Translations under genes and position numbers: made by a program
Part shown: positions 1 to 9,523 of the stretch, piece by piece
How the letters are laid out: each line of letters begins with the position of its first letter
How positions within the stretch are numbered: position 1 is the stretch's first letter
The notes under the pieces: model-generated
Databases searched by the model: none
What the model was told of the DNA's origin: nothing
What the model saw: the letters and a program-made list of their open reading frames with translations, nothing else
From: Candidatus Poribacteria bacterium
GTDB lineage: Bacteria > Poribacteria > WGA-4E > WGA-3G
DNA length: 64,000 nucleotides
Assembly (NCBI GenBank): GCA_963422705.1
Contig: OY730443.1
Location: 2,910,956-2,974,955 of the forward strand
Reading direction: 5' to 3'

Positions 1-285
1 GCTCCTATTCTTAATTAACCAAATCGATTTTGTGGAAGAGAAGAGAAATCATTTAACTTTATAGCATAAAAAAGTAAGAAAAGTCAATTTCTTTATCGCC
101 TGCTCAGTAGGGAGCTTCCGTAAAAGCCTTGAGGTAAGGGGAATTTAGGGGATTTCAGCCTGCGTAGAAAGAGGATATAGTCAGTTTCCTTCTTGTTCCG
201 AACCTCGGGCACAAAATACCCTAAGTTCATTCTTAATCTTCCTGATAAATCACCTCTTAATCCTAACAGGAATATATATGATGAT

Positions 286-873
286 TTATTTCACGTTCTT
301 TTTAAGAAGCCTATTGAGCACAAGTGCAGTCCTATTTTCAGAATCGATTTGCAGTGCGTTGTCAATTTCCTGTTTGGCTATCTGATTTTCGCCGAGGTAG
401 TAGTAACAGGCGGCTTTGAGTGCATACAGGGCGGCATTTGAATCATAATCATGCCGGAAAAAATATGGTGTATCGCTGTTCAAAGCATTATCAAGTGCGC
501 GGATGGCTGCGTTGAAATCGGCGGTATCCTTCTGTCGCAAATAAAGCACATTCGCGAGTCCTACCCAGGCATCTCCATGAGTACCATCAAGTTGAATGGC
601 ATTTTGGAATGCTTCTTGTGCAACCGGAATTGTTAAGGATAAACTGAGGTGGCTCCATCCGATTCCGTTGTAGGCATCGGTGAGTGATTCATCAAAATTC
701 AAGGCACGTTCAAAACTGAGCAATGCCTGCGCATAATTGCCCGCAGCATAAAAATCCCATCCCTTTTCGACATGCATGAGGCCCGTTTCTGTAGCGTCCT
801 CCGTCCCATCAGAACAACTCATAAATATGCCGAGCCATATCAGTACTACAAATTTCACAGAAAAACACCGCAT
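286..873 (-). CDS. TPR-repeat lipoprotein
   Basis: 195-aa ORF with an N-terminal signal and lipobox-like IFMSC. TPR-like helices are visible (AGNYAQALLSFERAL, DAYNGIGW, DAWVGLANVLY). It lies 3 nt downstream of the ABC permease on the same strand. Confidence 0.7.
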   Translation of the reverse strand: MRCFSVKFVVLIWLGIFMSCSDGTEDATETGLMHVEKGWDFYAAGNYAQALLSFERALNFDESLTDAYNGIGWSHLSLSLTIPVAQEAFQNAIQLDGTHGDAWVGLANVLYLRQKDTADFNAAIRALDNALNSDTPYFFRHDYDSNAALYALKAACYYYLGENQIAKQEIDNALQIDSENRTALVLNRLLKKNVK

Positions 874-876
874 CGC

Positions 877-3800
877 TTACAAATCCTTTTTTAAGGTTTC
901 CAATAAAGGGCTGCGGAGGGCTACCGATACCGCCACCGCATTTGCCATGATACCAAAACCCGCAATCAAAAGCAACGTGATTGTGAGTGAGCGCCACGGG
1001 AATGCCGGGAAATATCCTTGTGTCCCGAGAACTGAGACGAACCCCGCCACGCTCCCGATGAACATTCCGATAACAAGCAGAAAACTGCTTTCAATCAACA
1101 ACATCCGCAACAAAAGTTGCCGCCGGAACCCGAATGCGCGAAGGGTTGCTAACTCCCCGCGACGCGCAATAATGTTTCTGAACAATACCAGGGCTAAGCC
1201 GAAGGTGCCGATAATAACACCGAAACCGCCGAGACTCTGGAATGTCGAGATATAAGCGTTCGTAACACCTTGATAATTTGAAAGCCGCTCCGAAGCCAAC
1301 GTAACATCAAATCCGTAATCATCTAACGTTTTTTCTAAGATTTTTGCCGTTTCTCCCCACAATTGAGGAGGGGTTTTAATCAAAAAATAACGATATCCAC
1401 TTTGACTCGGAAAGTATTTCATGAAATTCGATTCTGAAATAATCAACTGACTTTGGAAGAGGCTGTTCTGCAACGTGTAAAGGTGCAAACCGAGTGGATT
1501 CCCAAATTCATCTTCTATCAGGAGTTCCTCATCCGGATTATGGTGTAAAACCCAACGGATTGAGTTATCGTCCGCAAGGGCGTAAACATTATCACCCTCT
1601 CCCCTTATTTTTCGCCATGGGGTTTCGTCCAAAACACGATGTGAAACCCCTAAAATTTGCGGTTTCTGTGGTTGGTAGAGATTGAGACAACTCACATCTT
1701 CCCCCGGAAGGACTCGGAACGGAATCACTTCGGAGTTACTGAGAAGTTGCAAATCTTTCTCGGAAAACCCCAACTCAAACCGTCCATCCGGCGTATCTAG
1801 ACGATGGTGTAACGGGATATCGGCTTCCGCTACGAAAGCATATTCTGTCTCTGGCGGTACCCCCTGCCGATTTATTCCAACTGCGACGACGATACAGCAC
1901 GCTAAACTCATCATGACAACACAGCTTTTAGTCTGAGTAGGATGCCGGGCAGCATTTTTGAGCGTAAAATGAAGGCGGGTTAACCGCTTCGGGACTTTTT
2001 CTGACGTTAACCATCTGTCAAACGCGAGCCATCCGCCACCAATAACGGAGAGGGTGAACGTCAGTAATTGGAAAACCGGATGTGTTATCAAACCTTCAAC
2101 AAACTTGAAACCAAAATTCGCTAAGAAAAGACTTGTCAGTGCAATGAGGACGATGAATATGAGAGTGATGATGACAAAATGCCACTTGAATCTTTTGGTA
2201 TCATCAGTCCTTTTTGCGGTTCCTGGCGCGCGCTTCGCCTCAACGAAACCTGTCTCACCGGACAGGAGGGACGACGTTGTTCCCTTACCTAGCTTATTAA
2301 CAGTCCGTCGGATAGTAAATAGAACCACAACCATTACTATCAAGATTCCAGTGAGTAACGTCCAGCCACGCATATGGAATGTTACAAAGGGTGTCCCAAT
2401 CGCAGGCAACCACCAAGTTCGAAGCCCGTGCAGCAGCAGGTGGGCATACCCTATTGCGAAGAGACAACCGAGCAGGCTGCCCAGTCCGGCAATGATACCG
2501 GCTTCCTGTAGGAAACGCCGGCGGATTCTTACAAGCGGATACCCTAACGCACGGAGAAGAACGGTTTCACGCGAGCGCTGCTCTACGCCAATTTGGAAAA
2601 TCAGACGGATGAGATAGGCAACAGAAAAAATAATAAGGGCGCTCATTCCACTAAACAGCACCCCGAAATCCGTTGTGCCAGATGACACGCGAAGTCCGTC
2701 AGCCCGCGGAGATAAAAATTCAAAGCCTACCCGGGCAGGCTCAATTTTCTTGAGAAATTCGGCCTCAAATCGCTCCCGCATCGCATCGCGCGCGACATTC
2801 GCGGAAAGTTGCATCCGAATAGAGGTGAGCTCGCCGAACCGGTTTTTCCAGAGCTTTTTGCCGGTTTCTAAAAAAATAAACGCCTTCGGCGTTGCGCGGT
2901 ACGCATCCCAATATGCTTCGTCCTTTGCCCGAATCAGCGAATAATCAATCGGAAAAGGCGCATCCCAATTCGACATATCAGTCGTATCATGAATACCTGG
3001 AAACTCAGGAATCAGGTGCCTGGCCTCGGCAAATTCCGCAATCGGTATCACCGCCTTTAAGCGGAACAACGCCGTTTCAGTCGTGTATTGTTCCGCCGCA
3101 TCGACACGATAGTAGGTGAGTTCAATCGTATCGCCTACTTTCGTTCCCAGTTCCGTTGCTGCCCAACTATTTAGGATAATCTCATTGTCAGCAAGCGGGA
3201 CAGAAATGGCAGCTTCCACACGTGGAAGCGCAACAATTGTAGAATACGGAACGGTTTTGCCGTTAGCCGTTATCGTATTGGCGAGATAAGTCAACGTAGG
3301 AAGTGTCGAAATGTTGTTTTCTGTCGCAACAGACAGTGCTACTTCCGAGAATTGTGGGTTGAGAAGGTACTGCTCACTTTTCAAATCAAGATGATTTCCA
3401 TGTTCATGAATTTTCAAGCCGAGTGCGTCTAACGTTAACGCGAGCGCATCTGGCGAAATCGCCTCGCCCTCTGAGGTAAACAGAGCGTTCACTTTGCCTT
3501 TTTGTCCGAGTGCTTTTTGTAAAACAGGTAACGCAATAAATGCATTCAATGGGAAACTTTGATGTGCAAGAAGGTGGAATCTCCCAGCGTTCTGAGTCGG
3601 AATAATCTCGCTAACGACGAAACGGAGCGTTTGGATGACAGCTGATGTCTCCCGGCGGCCGAGTAAAAAATCCGGCGAGATGTCGGAACCTCGTGGAAGA
3701 TTAATCAGAACCGCGTCACCAACCTGCACGTTCAATTCGGCTTGGAGTGCCGTGTTAATAACAACCGATGGAAAGGGGGCCCTAGACATCTGATTGAGGT

Positions 3801-4146
3801 GCGGGATAGAGGAATCTTCCCAGAACTGAAAAAAATCTGGGTTTATGCCGTGTATATTAACCTTTGAGGCACGCGTTTGGGCATCCGGAACGACAACCGT
3901 CCCATTCAGCAGCATCGCCGGCACCATGTCCGGGCGCCTGAGCAATTCGGGACTGAAAAACCTGTCTGCGAGGAGCGCGTGCTCAATCGTACCGAGTCTT
4001 TCCAACGTAACTGCTTTGAGGCTCCCTCGCACAGAATTTCCAACAATCAAGGCGCCGGCGAGCACGCCTGTTGCCACCGCGGTGCAAAGCGCCACCGCCA
4101 AATGAATCTGCCAAAAATGTATGAGGGATGCCCAAAACGTGCGCAT
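877..4146 (-). CDS. ABC transporter permease, FtsX/MacB-like with two FtsX domains
   Basis: 1089-aa ORF with many TM helices. Two FtsX-type modules are present (..EQRSRETVLLRALGYPLVRIRRRFLQEAG.. and ..ARRGELATLRAFGFRRQLLLRMLLIES..). It sits directly downstream of the ABC ATPase. Confidence 0.85.
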   Translation of the reverse strand: MRTFWASLIHFWQIHLAVALCTAVATGVLAGALIVGNSVRGSLKAVTLERLGTIEHALLADRFFSPELLRRPDMVPAMLLNGTVVVPDAQTRASKVNIHGINPDFFQFWEDSSIPHLNQMSRAPFPSVVINTALQAELNVQVGDAVLINLPRGSDISPDFLLGRRETSAVIQTLRFVVSEIIPTQNAGRFHLLAHQSFPLNAFIALPVLQKALGQKGKVNALFTSEGEAISPDALALTLDALGLKIHEHGNHLDLKSEQYLLNPQFSEVALSVATENNISTLPTLTYLANTITANGKTVPYSTIVALPRVEAAISVPLADNEIILNSWAATELGTKVGDTIELTYYRVDAAEQYTTETALFRLKAVIPIAEFAEARHLIPEFPGIHDTTDMSNWDAPFPIDYSLIRAKDEAYWDAYRATPKAFIFLETGKKLWKNRFGELTSIRMQLSANVARDAMRERFEAEFLKKIEPARVGFEFLSPRADGLRVSSGTTDFGVLFSGMSALIIFSVAYLIRLIFQIGVEQRSRETVLLRALGYPLVRIRRRFLQEAGIIAGLGSLLGCLFAIGYAHLLLHGLRTWWLPAIGTPFVTFHMRGWTLLTGILIVMVVVLFTIRRTVNKLGKGTTSSLLSGETGFVEAKRAPGTAKRTDDTKRFKWHFVIITLIFIVLIALTSLFLANFGFKFVEGLITHPVFQLLTFTLSVIGGGWLAFDRWLTSEKVPKRLTRLHFTLKNAARHPTQTKSCVVMMSLACCIVVAVGINRQGVPPETEYAFVAEADIPLHHRLDTPDGRFELGFSEKDLQLLSNSEVIPFRVLPGEDVSCLNLYQPQKPQILGVSHRVLDETPWRKIRGEGDNVYALADDNSIRWVLHHNPDEELLIEDEFGNPLGLHLYTLQNSLFQSQLIISESNFMKYFPSQSGYRYFLIKTPPQLWGETAKILEKTLDDYGFDVTLASERLSNYQGVTNAYISTFQSLGGFGVIIGTFGLALVLFRNIIARRGELATLRAFGFRRQLLLRMLLIESSFLLVIGMFIGSVAGFVSVLGTQGYFPAFPWRSLTITLLLIAGFGIMANAVAVSVALRSPLLETLKKDL

Positions 4147-4181
4147 GATTTTTTATCGTTGCCTAAAAACCAATCTCACAA

Positions 4182-4874
4182 CTAAGGTTCTTCCCCACGC
4201 GTTTGTACAGTACAGACACCATCAACGAGTTCAAGATGATGCTCAAACCGGGAAGCGAGTTCAAGGTGATGTGTAACAACGATTAAGAGATTCTTTTCTG
4301 TGCGATGCAGTTCAAAAAGGACATCGGTGACACGCGCTGCGTTCGTATTATCGAGATTCCCCGTCGGTTCATCACAAAGCAGAATCCCCGGGTTGTTGAT
4401 GAGGGCACGCGCAATGGCAACGCGCTGACGCTCCCCACCAGAGAGTTCCGACGGACGATGCGAAAGGCGATGTGTCAAACCGACGCGTTGGAGAAGTTCA
4501 CGCGCACGTTCTGTTGTTCCAAACGCATCTTTAAAAGCAAACGTCGGAATTAACACATTTTCAAGAACAGAGTACTGCGGCAGCAGGTAATGCTCCTGAA
4601 ACACAAACCCGATTCCGGAATTGCGATAACGCGCCAATTCCGGCTCTGACAGCGAAAATGGCTCGAAATTGTTAATCTCAACGCTGCCCTTTGACGGGGA
4701 CTCTAACGTGCCAAGGATATGCAGCAGCGTACTCTTACCGGAACCGGAGGGCCCGGTAACCGCGACGGATGCACCCGCGACGAATGAAAATGAGATATCG
4801 CGCAGCACCTGGACTGCCCCGAAATCCTTACTAACGTTCAAAACTTTCAGCGCTGTTGTTTGAGAGGTAGGCAT
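4182..4874 (-). CDS. ABC transporter ATP-binding protein (LolD/MacB-type)
   Basis: Walker A GPSGSGKST, signature LSGGERQRVAIARAL, Walker B ILLCDEPT. I start at the internal Met (MPTSQTT..) rather than the ORF-track start at 4961. Confidence 0.9.
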   Translation of the reverse strand: MPTSQTTALKVLNVSKDFGAVQVLRDISFSFVAGASVAVTGPSGSGKSTLLHILGTLESPSKGSVEINNFEPFSLSEPELARYRNSGIGFVFQEHYLLPQYSVLENVLIPTFAFKDAFGTTERARELLQRVGLTHRLSHRPSELSGGERQRVAIARALINNPGILLCDEPTGNLDNTNAARVTDVLFELHRTEKNLLIVVTHHLELASRFEHHLELVDGVCTVQTRGEEP

Positions 4875-5047
4875 ACGTTTTTCCCGAGCAGCGTGGATTG
4901 TAAAAAAAGAGACATCCAAACTCCCCGGCCGCGGTGTTACCGCCAAATACCCGACTGGCATTCACTCGGTTCACAAGAGATTTTGGGGCTTTGGACTTCA
5001 GCCACGTCGAGCAAACGTCCAAATAATTGTAAAACCTACTATAAAAG

Positions 5048-5461
5048 TCAGATTTCTGTTAACTGATTGAAAATAAAATCTGGAATCGGAATCGCTCGTA
5101 ATTTTTCATCCGGATTACAGATACAGCAAACCGTCGTGAGTTCCCCGTAGGCGATAGCCTCTCCTTCATGCGTAAAATTGAATTGGTAAGTCAGCGATTT
5201 TCTGCCTTTTTTCGAAAGGGATACCTCAATGTCCACTTCGTCCTCAAAACGGAGCGGTAGAAGATATTCGCAGGATGCCGCAAGGCGCGGCCACCCAATT
5301 TTATCCCCATTCCATTCAGTAGCAACGCTGGTACCGAGGCTCCTTAAGAATTCATGCTCCGCGGTTTCCATGAATATGAAGAATCGTGTAAAATGCACAA
5401 TGCCCGCCATATCCGTATCCGCAAACTCTATTTTCCGCTTTGTTCGGTACGCTACGCACAT
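5048..5461 (-). CDS. acyl-CoA thioesterase, hotdog fold (YbgC/4HBT-like)
   Basis: 137 aa. The N-terminal motif FADTDMAGIVHFTRFF is typical of 4HBT-type thioesterases. Confidence 0.8.
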   Translation of the reverse strand: MCVAYRTKRKIEFADTDMAGIVHFTRFFIFMETAEHEFLRSLGTSVATEWNGDKIGWPRLAASCEYLLPLRFEDEVDIEVSLSKKGRKSLTYQFNFTHEGEAIAYGELTTVCCICNPDEKLRAIPIPDFIFNQLTEI

Positions 5462-5473
5462 ATTAGGTGAACC

Positions 5474-6895
5474 TTACATTTTTTGAAAATCAGGGACATC
5501 CTCATAGAAACGCCACGATTCCGCGTAGATTCTCCAGTGCCCATCAGCCGGATCAACCATTAAATTTAGCTTCTTCGTCCCATAATCAGAGTAGGCAGGA
5601 CGCGTCCCTGATGCGGGCGTTCCAGTGAATTTTTGCAAGAATTTTACATCAGCTACAGCCGAGTCCCCGTTGATTTGCAAATTGGAAATTGTAACTTGGA
5701 TATCGGCATACAGACGATTCAATTTCTTCATCTTCTCCTGCAGCTGCGATTTTGTGAGGTAGGTAGGCGTGCCTTTTCCACCACCCCTCACCGTGACACG
5801 TGTGATTTGGGCTCTTTCAGCATAGAGAGACATATACGTGTTAATATCTTTCCCTTCCCAAGCGGCTTGCCATTTCCCTAATACCTGTCTTACCTTAAGT
5901 TGTGTATCAAGAGGCGCGTTGTCATCAAAAGTGTCACCAGCCCCTTCACCGGATTCCGGCGTACCGGATTGAGCAGATGCCGTCACAGATTCCGCGGGCG
6001 AAATAGCATCCCTAATTTCATCGTTAATCAACTTCCATTTCCGGAAGAAAAATCCCCTTTTCTCAATCGTAAGCCGCCGCGAATGTGTCTCAATCGCGGT
6101 GTCGCCATCATATAATGTCACACGAATATTGTCAACGATGTGACGATTTTTTCGCCGGGGGATAGCAACGTAGGTAGCCTGCGTCATATCGACAACAGCG
6201 GATGACGATATCATACTGCTCGCCCGTTGAAATTCCGCTTTGCGCTTCTTCCGGGCAGATTTATCCCACAAGTTCTCGTATTTCTCTGAATCCTTAGATT
6301 CCAGTGTCTTTTCCCACGTCGTCACAAACGGAATCACCGGACTATGAGGAGGCGATGCAGCATCGGGTTGGACTTCGGATTCTGATTTCCGCGGTACTGT
6401 TGTCAGCTCTCCACCGACGACTTCATCGTTGATAATCTTCCACCGTTTTTGAAGGATGCCTTTCTTTTCAATCAGCAGGTTCCGGAACTGCTCTTGAGAT
6501 TCACCCGGTAGATGGACAATAACAGGAATACCTTCAATTCGCAATCGATTCGGATATCGTGGTACACGGCGAGGGGCAATCGCTGTATCGCGAAGGTTAA
6601 CTTCAAATTTTACGATTCCGTTCGCATTAAGGTGTCGCACCGTGTTTTTATACACCTGCGCGTACTTTCGGCGTGCGCTTGGTACCCAGAGCGCCTCATA
6701 TTTTTTCGGTTCGCCGGATTCAAGAGCATTTTTCCATCGCGCCAAAAACGCATTCGGTTGTTCGCTGGAACGCATTGAAATTACAATTAAAACAACAATA
6801 ACGACGAAGATACTTCCAACTGCACCTCCCCATATCAGGTTATTAGGGATATTGAAGTTCCTTAGGCGGTTTTGTACGGTTTTGGAACCGTTCAT
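5474..6895 (-). CDS. membrane-anchored protein with three NTF2/SnoaL-like (DUF4440-like) modules
   Basis: 473 aa with an N-terminal TM helix. A W-x-x-x-L/W-E-x-x-D/E-x-x-x-Y-x-x-L-W/Y module occurs three times (ARWKNALESGEPKKYEALW, TTWEKTLESKDSEKYENLW, GKWQAAWEGKDINTYMSLY). Function unknown. Confidence 0.5.
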   Translation of the reverse strand: MNGSKTVQNRLRNFNIPNNLIWGGAVGSIFVVIVVLIVISMRSSEQPNAFLARWKNALESGEPKKYEALWVPSARRKYAQVYKNTVRHLNANGIVKFEVNLRDTAIAPRRVPRYPNRLRIEGIPVIVHLPGESQEQFRNLLIEKKGILQKRWKIINDEVVGGELTTVPRKSESEVQPDAASPPHSPVIPFVTTWEKTLESKDSEKYENLWDKSARKKRKAEFQRASSMISSSAVVDMTQATYVAIPRRKNRHIVDNIRVTLYDGDTAIETHSRRLTIEKRGFFFRKWKLINDEIRDAISPAESVTASAQSGTPESGEGAGDTFDDNAPLDTQLKVRQVLGKWQAAWEGKDINTYMSLYAERAQITRVTVRGGGKGTPTYLTKSQLQEKMKKLNRLYADIQVTISNLQINGDSAVADVKFLQKFTGTPASGTRPAYSDYGTKKLNLMVDPADGHWRIYAESWRFYEDVPDFQKM

Positions 6896-6933
6896 GGACT
6901 CATCTCCTTGCGCTTTTTATCCCAAACGTCCCG

Positions 6934-8346
6934 CTAGAAATTGGGGACATTCTCGTAGATTTGCCAGATTTCGTGATGGATTTTCCATTCCGTGCCAACC
7001 GGATGCATCCATACCTCGCGGACCCAAATATCGTACAAGGCTGTCGCGTTTTCGTCCACTGCTGGGGCTACGAGGCGGCTCAGACGATAAATGCCGATGA
7101 CGCTCTCACCTTCGACTTCGGTACGCCCCCGGTTCTTGCTCCAAGAATGCGCGCTCATCTCACGCAGGCTTGACTCAAGCTGCCCCCATGCGATTTTGGT
7201 GCGATGCTCCTTACTTTCGCGAATTACCACTTTATCAGCCACGATATTTGAGGCATAGTACGCGAGATGCATCGTGAGATTTTTGCCACTCCATGCAGCA
7301 TCCCACCTGCTGATTGCTGTTTTACCCGCCGTAATCTGTGCTGTGGAAAGCGATGTTCGTCCAGTTCTAACCGGTTCATTCCGCTTCTGGCTTTGCACAT
7401 AGGCGCGCGCCTCGCTCGCTTTCTTTTCCAAGTAATCCGCATGTACTACCGCAGCACTACGCTGGTTCGCTTTCTCTAGTTTTTCCGTATAGATTTCTGC
7501 TTGTTCACGTAATTGGTTTCTGAGGGATTCCGATTCAGCGATAGCCGCACGTTTCTGGTGCCCCTCTTCGCGAATCATCGAATCGGCGACTTCAAGCTTG
7601 TGCCGAAGTTCACCGATTTCCTTACCATAACCTCGGATTTCAGATTCCATCCGCAGGGCCCGCTTCTGAATCTCCTCTAAGTTCCCTCTGAGCACTCCAA
7701 TCTGTTTCCCGTACGTTGCTTGTTGACGACTTAATTCACGTTTCTCTTTTCCAAGTTCACTAATCGTCTGTTTTAAGTTTTTTTCCTCATTGCGGAGCGC
7801 CTGCGCCTGCTTTTCCACCGTCCCGAGTTGTTCTTCTTTAATAGAGAGTGCCTCGCGCAGTTTCCCCGAACGGCTTTCTTTCTCAAAAATTGTCGCATTC
7901 AATTCCGCGGTTGTCTCTGCGTTAATTGCCTGTTTGCGAACGATGGTGGCATCCGCAAACGCTTGGTACGCGAGACGAAGGGCCTCACTCCCTTTTTTAT
8001 CAGTAAGCGCAGTTTTCGCATTCTGCAGTTTCGTCTCTGCCGACGTAAATGCATCGTGATAAAGTGCTGGGGCATCAACCTCTCTAGCAGCTCGAATCGC
8101 AGATTCTGCCTGAACAATCGCTGACTCGACGTCCATGGGTTCAACGCTACCGAGCCTCCCGCCACAACCTACAATGGACAGCGAACTCACAAGCAACAAG
8201 AACAGAAGTATCCAAAGCCCCGCTGTATGCCGGTTCAATAAAGACGCGAGAAAAGGCCGCTTAACTGCCACCTGGAACTTGAAAAGTACTTGTTCTATTA
8301 ACGCGATGTACCCTTTCATGTCGTGTCTCCTTCTTTCTATAAACAT
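6934..8346 (-). CDS. lipoprotein with long coiled coil and C-terminal NTF2/SnoaL-like module
   Basis: 470 aa with lipobox-like SIVGCGG. The middle is heptad-rich, E/K/R/Q coiled-coil sequence. The C-terminus (ISRWDAAWSGKNLTMHLAYY...) resembles the modules of the upstream gene. The exact start is uncertain. Confidence 0.5.
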   Translation of the reverse strand: MFIERRRHDMKGYIALIEQVLFKFQVAVKRPFLASLLNRHTAGLWILLFLLLVSSLSIVGCGGRLGSVEPMDVESAIVQAESAIRAAREVDAPALYHDAFTSAETKLQNAKTALTDKKGSEALRLAYQAFADATIVRKQAINAETTAELNATIFEKESRSGKLREALSIKEEQLGTVEKQAQALRNEEKNLKQTISELGKEKRELSRQQATYGKQIGVLRGNLEEIQKRALRMESEIRGYGKEIGELRHKLEVADSMIREEGHQKRAAIAESESLRNQLREQAEIYTEKLEKANQRSAAVVHADYLEKKASEARAYVQSQKRNEPVRTGRTSLSTAQITAGKTAISRWDAAWSGKNLTMHLAYYASNIVADKVVIRESKEHRTKIAWGQLESSLREMSAHSWSKNRGRTEVEGESVIGIYRLSRLVAPAVDENATALYDIWVREVWMHPVGTEWKIHHEIWQIYENVPNF

Positions 8347-8574
8347 TGCTACGCAATAAAAATGCGAGGCAATGCTTCAATTAATTTTTATACTAAAATA
8401 AAAACGTCAATTTTACGGTTCGGTTACTTTTCAGGGGTATTGATTACGAAAATACAGATAATGCCAAATTTTACGGGTGGACGGTTTCAGCTTTCATTTC
8501 CATTCGTGCGTTCTTAATCACAGAGGCACTCACCTTCTAGACACCTTATGCTTGCTCGCAATGCCCCTACCTCC

Positions 8575-8608
8575 ATTTAACATGTGGGGTGATTTAACAT
8601 GTGGGGTA
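8575..8608. repeat. 2 x 17-nt tandem direct repeat ATTTAACATGTGGGGT(G/A)
   Basis: Read directly in the sequence, inside the 590-bp intergenic region. Confidence 0.9.
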
Positions 8609-8780
8609 CGCAAAGCCATAATAGACGCGAATTGGATAGAGGCCAAGATACCTTAATCGTAATACCCCTTGATTCGGGCAAGTCCGTCAATAATTTCGCG
8701 ATTACCTATAATAGAATACACCATTTTAACCGCTGATGTCAACACTATTATAGAAATAGGCAGGCGCAACAAAAATTTGT

Positions 8781-8809
8781 TTGACTTTACAGTCAAATCA
8801 GAGTATAAT
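8781..8809 (+). promoter_or_regulatory. sigma70-like promoter TTGACT-17-TATAAT
   Basis: TTGACT at 8781-8786, an exact 17-nt spacer, TATAAT at 8804-8809. It lies about 150 nt upstream of the cyclophilin ATG. Confidence 0.5.
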
Positions 8810-8956
8810 AAATTGAGGGTTTGCGCACAAATCCGTAAACCCCACTAGGCTCGTTCTGTAAAGAGGGAAGTTGAAAGCTACATCTACCGGGCGCGCTTTG
8901 TGTCTGTTTTGAAACGATGACTTAACTTATCGTTAAAATTGGAGAAAAAAAATAAT

Positions 8957-9493
8957 ATGCGAATAGGTTTGTTAGGTGCTTGTGCGCTTACACTGTTCTC
9001 ATGTAGCGGTGAACTGTTACCTACTGTAACAATCGAAACCGCTAAAGGTAACATTGTTATTGAGCTCTATCCGGATGCCGCACCGGCAACGGTAGCGAAT
9101 TTCGCAAAGCTCATCGAGTCTAAATTCTACGACGGTTTGAAATTCCACCGATTCGCGCCCGGGTTCGTTATACAAGGTGGAGACCCGGATGGCACCGGAC
9201 GCGGCGGCCCCGGATGGACAATCCCTGGCGAATTTCAAGAACTGGTGCTCCAGAAGAAGATGCCACCTCATGAAAAAGGTGTCATCGCAATGGCACGAAC
9301 CCACCATCCTGATTCCGCTGGAAGTCAGTTTTATATCTGTCTCAACCCAGAACCAACCCGTTACGGACATTTAAACGGAAACTACACAACTTTCGGAAGA
9401 GTCATCAAAGGGATGAATGTCGTGGATGCGCTGCGCCAAGGTGATGTTATGAACAAGGTGACGCTCGAAAACTATATCGCGCCCCCAGAGTAA
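8957..9493 (+). CDS. peptidyl-prolyl cis-trans isomerase, cyclophilin type (lipoprotein)
   Basis: Cyclophilin motifs are present (FHRFAPGFVIQGGDP, GSQFYI). Signal plus lipobox LFSC. ATG at 8957 with GGAG upstream; the ORF-track start at 8939 is a TTG. Confidence 0.9.
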   Translation: MRIGLLGACALTLFSCSGELLPTVTIETAKGNIVIELYPDAAPATVANFAKLIESKFYDGLKFHRFAPGFVIQGGDPDGTGRGGPGWTIPGEFQELVLQKKMPPHEKGVIAMARTHHPDSAGSQFYICLNPEPTRYGHLNGNYTTFGRVIKGMNVVDALRQGDVMNKVTLENYIAPPE

Positions 9494-9523
9494 TATACAC
9501 GCACCCGCTCTCGTGAACCCGAG

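Noticed and set aside
776-2617. Plus-strand ORFs 776-1255 and 2054-2617. A similar case is 25044-25592, opposite guaB.
   Set aside because: They are antisense to confidently assigned genes (the ABC permease and guaB), are Arg/Ser/Pro-rich and carry no motifs.
4875-4961. A 29-aa N-terminal extension of the ABC ATPase ORF.
   Set aside because: Canonical ABC ATPases begin a few residues before the beta-strand preceding Walker A. The internal Met (MPTSQTTALKVLNVSK) gives the expected length.
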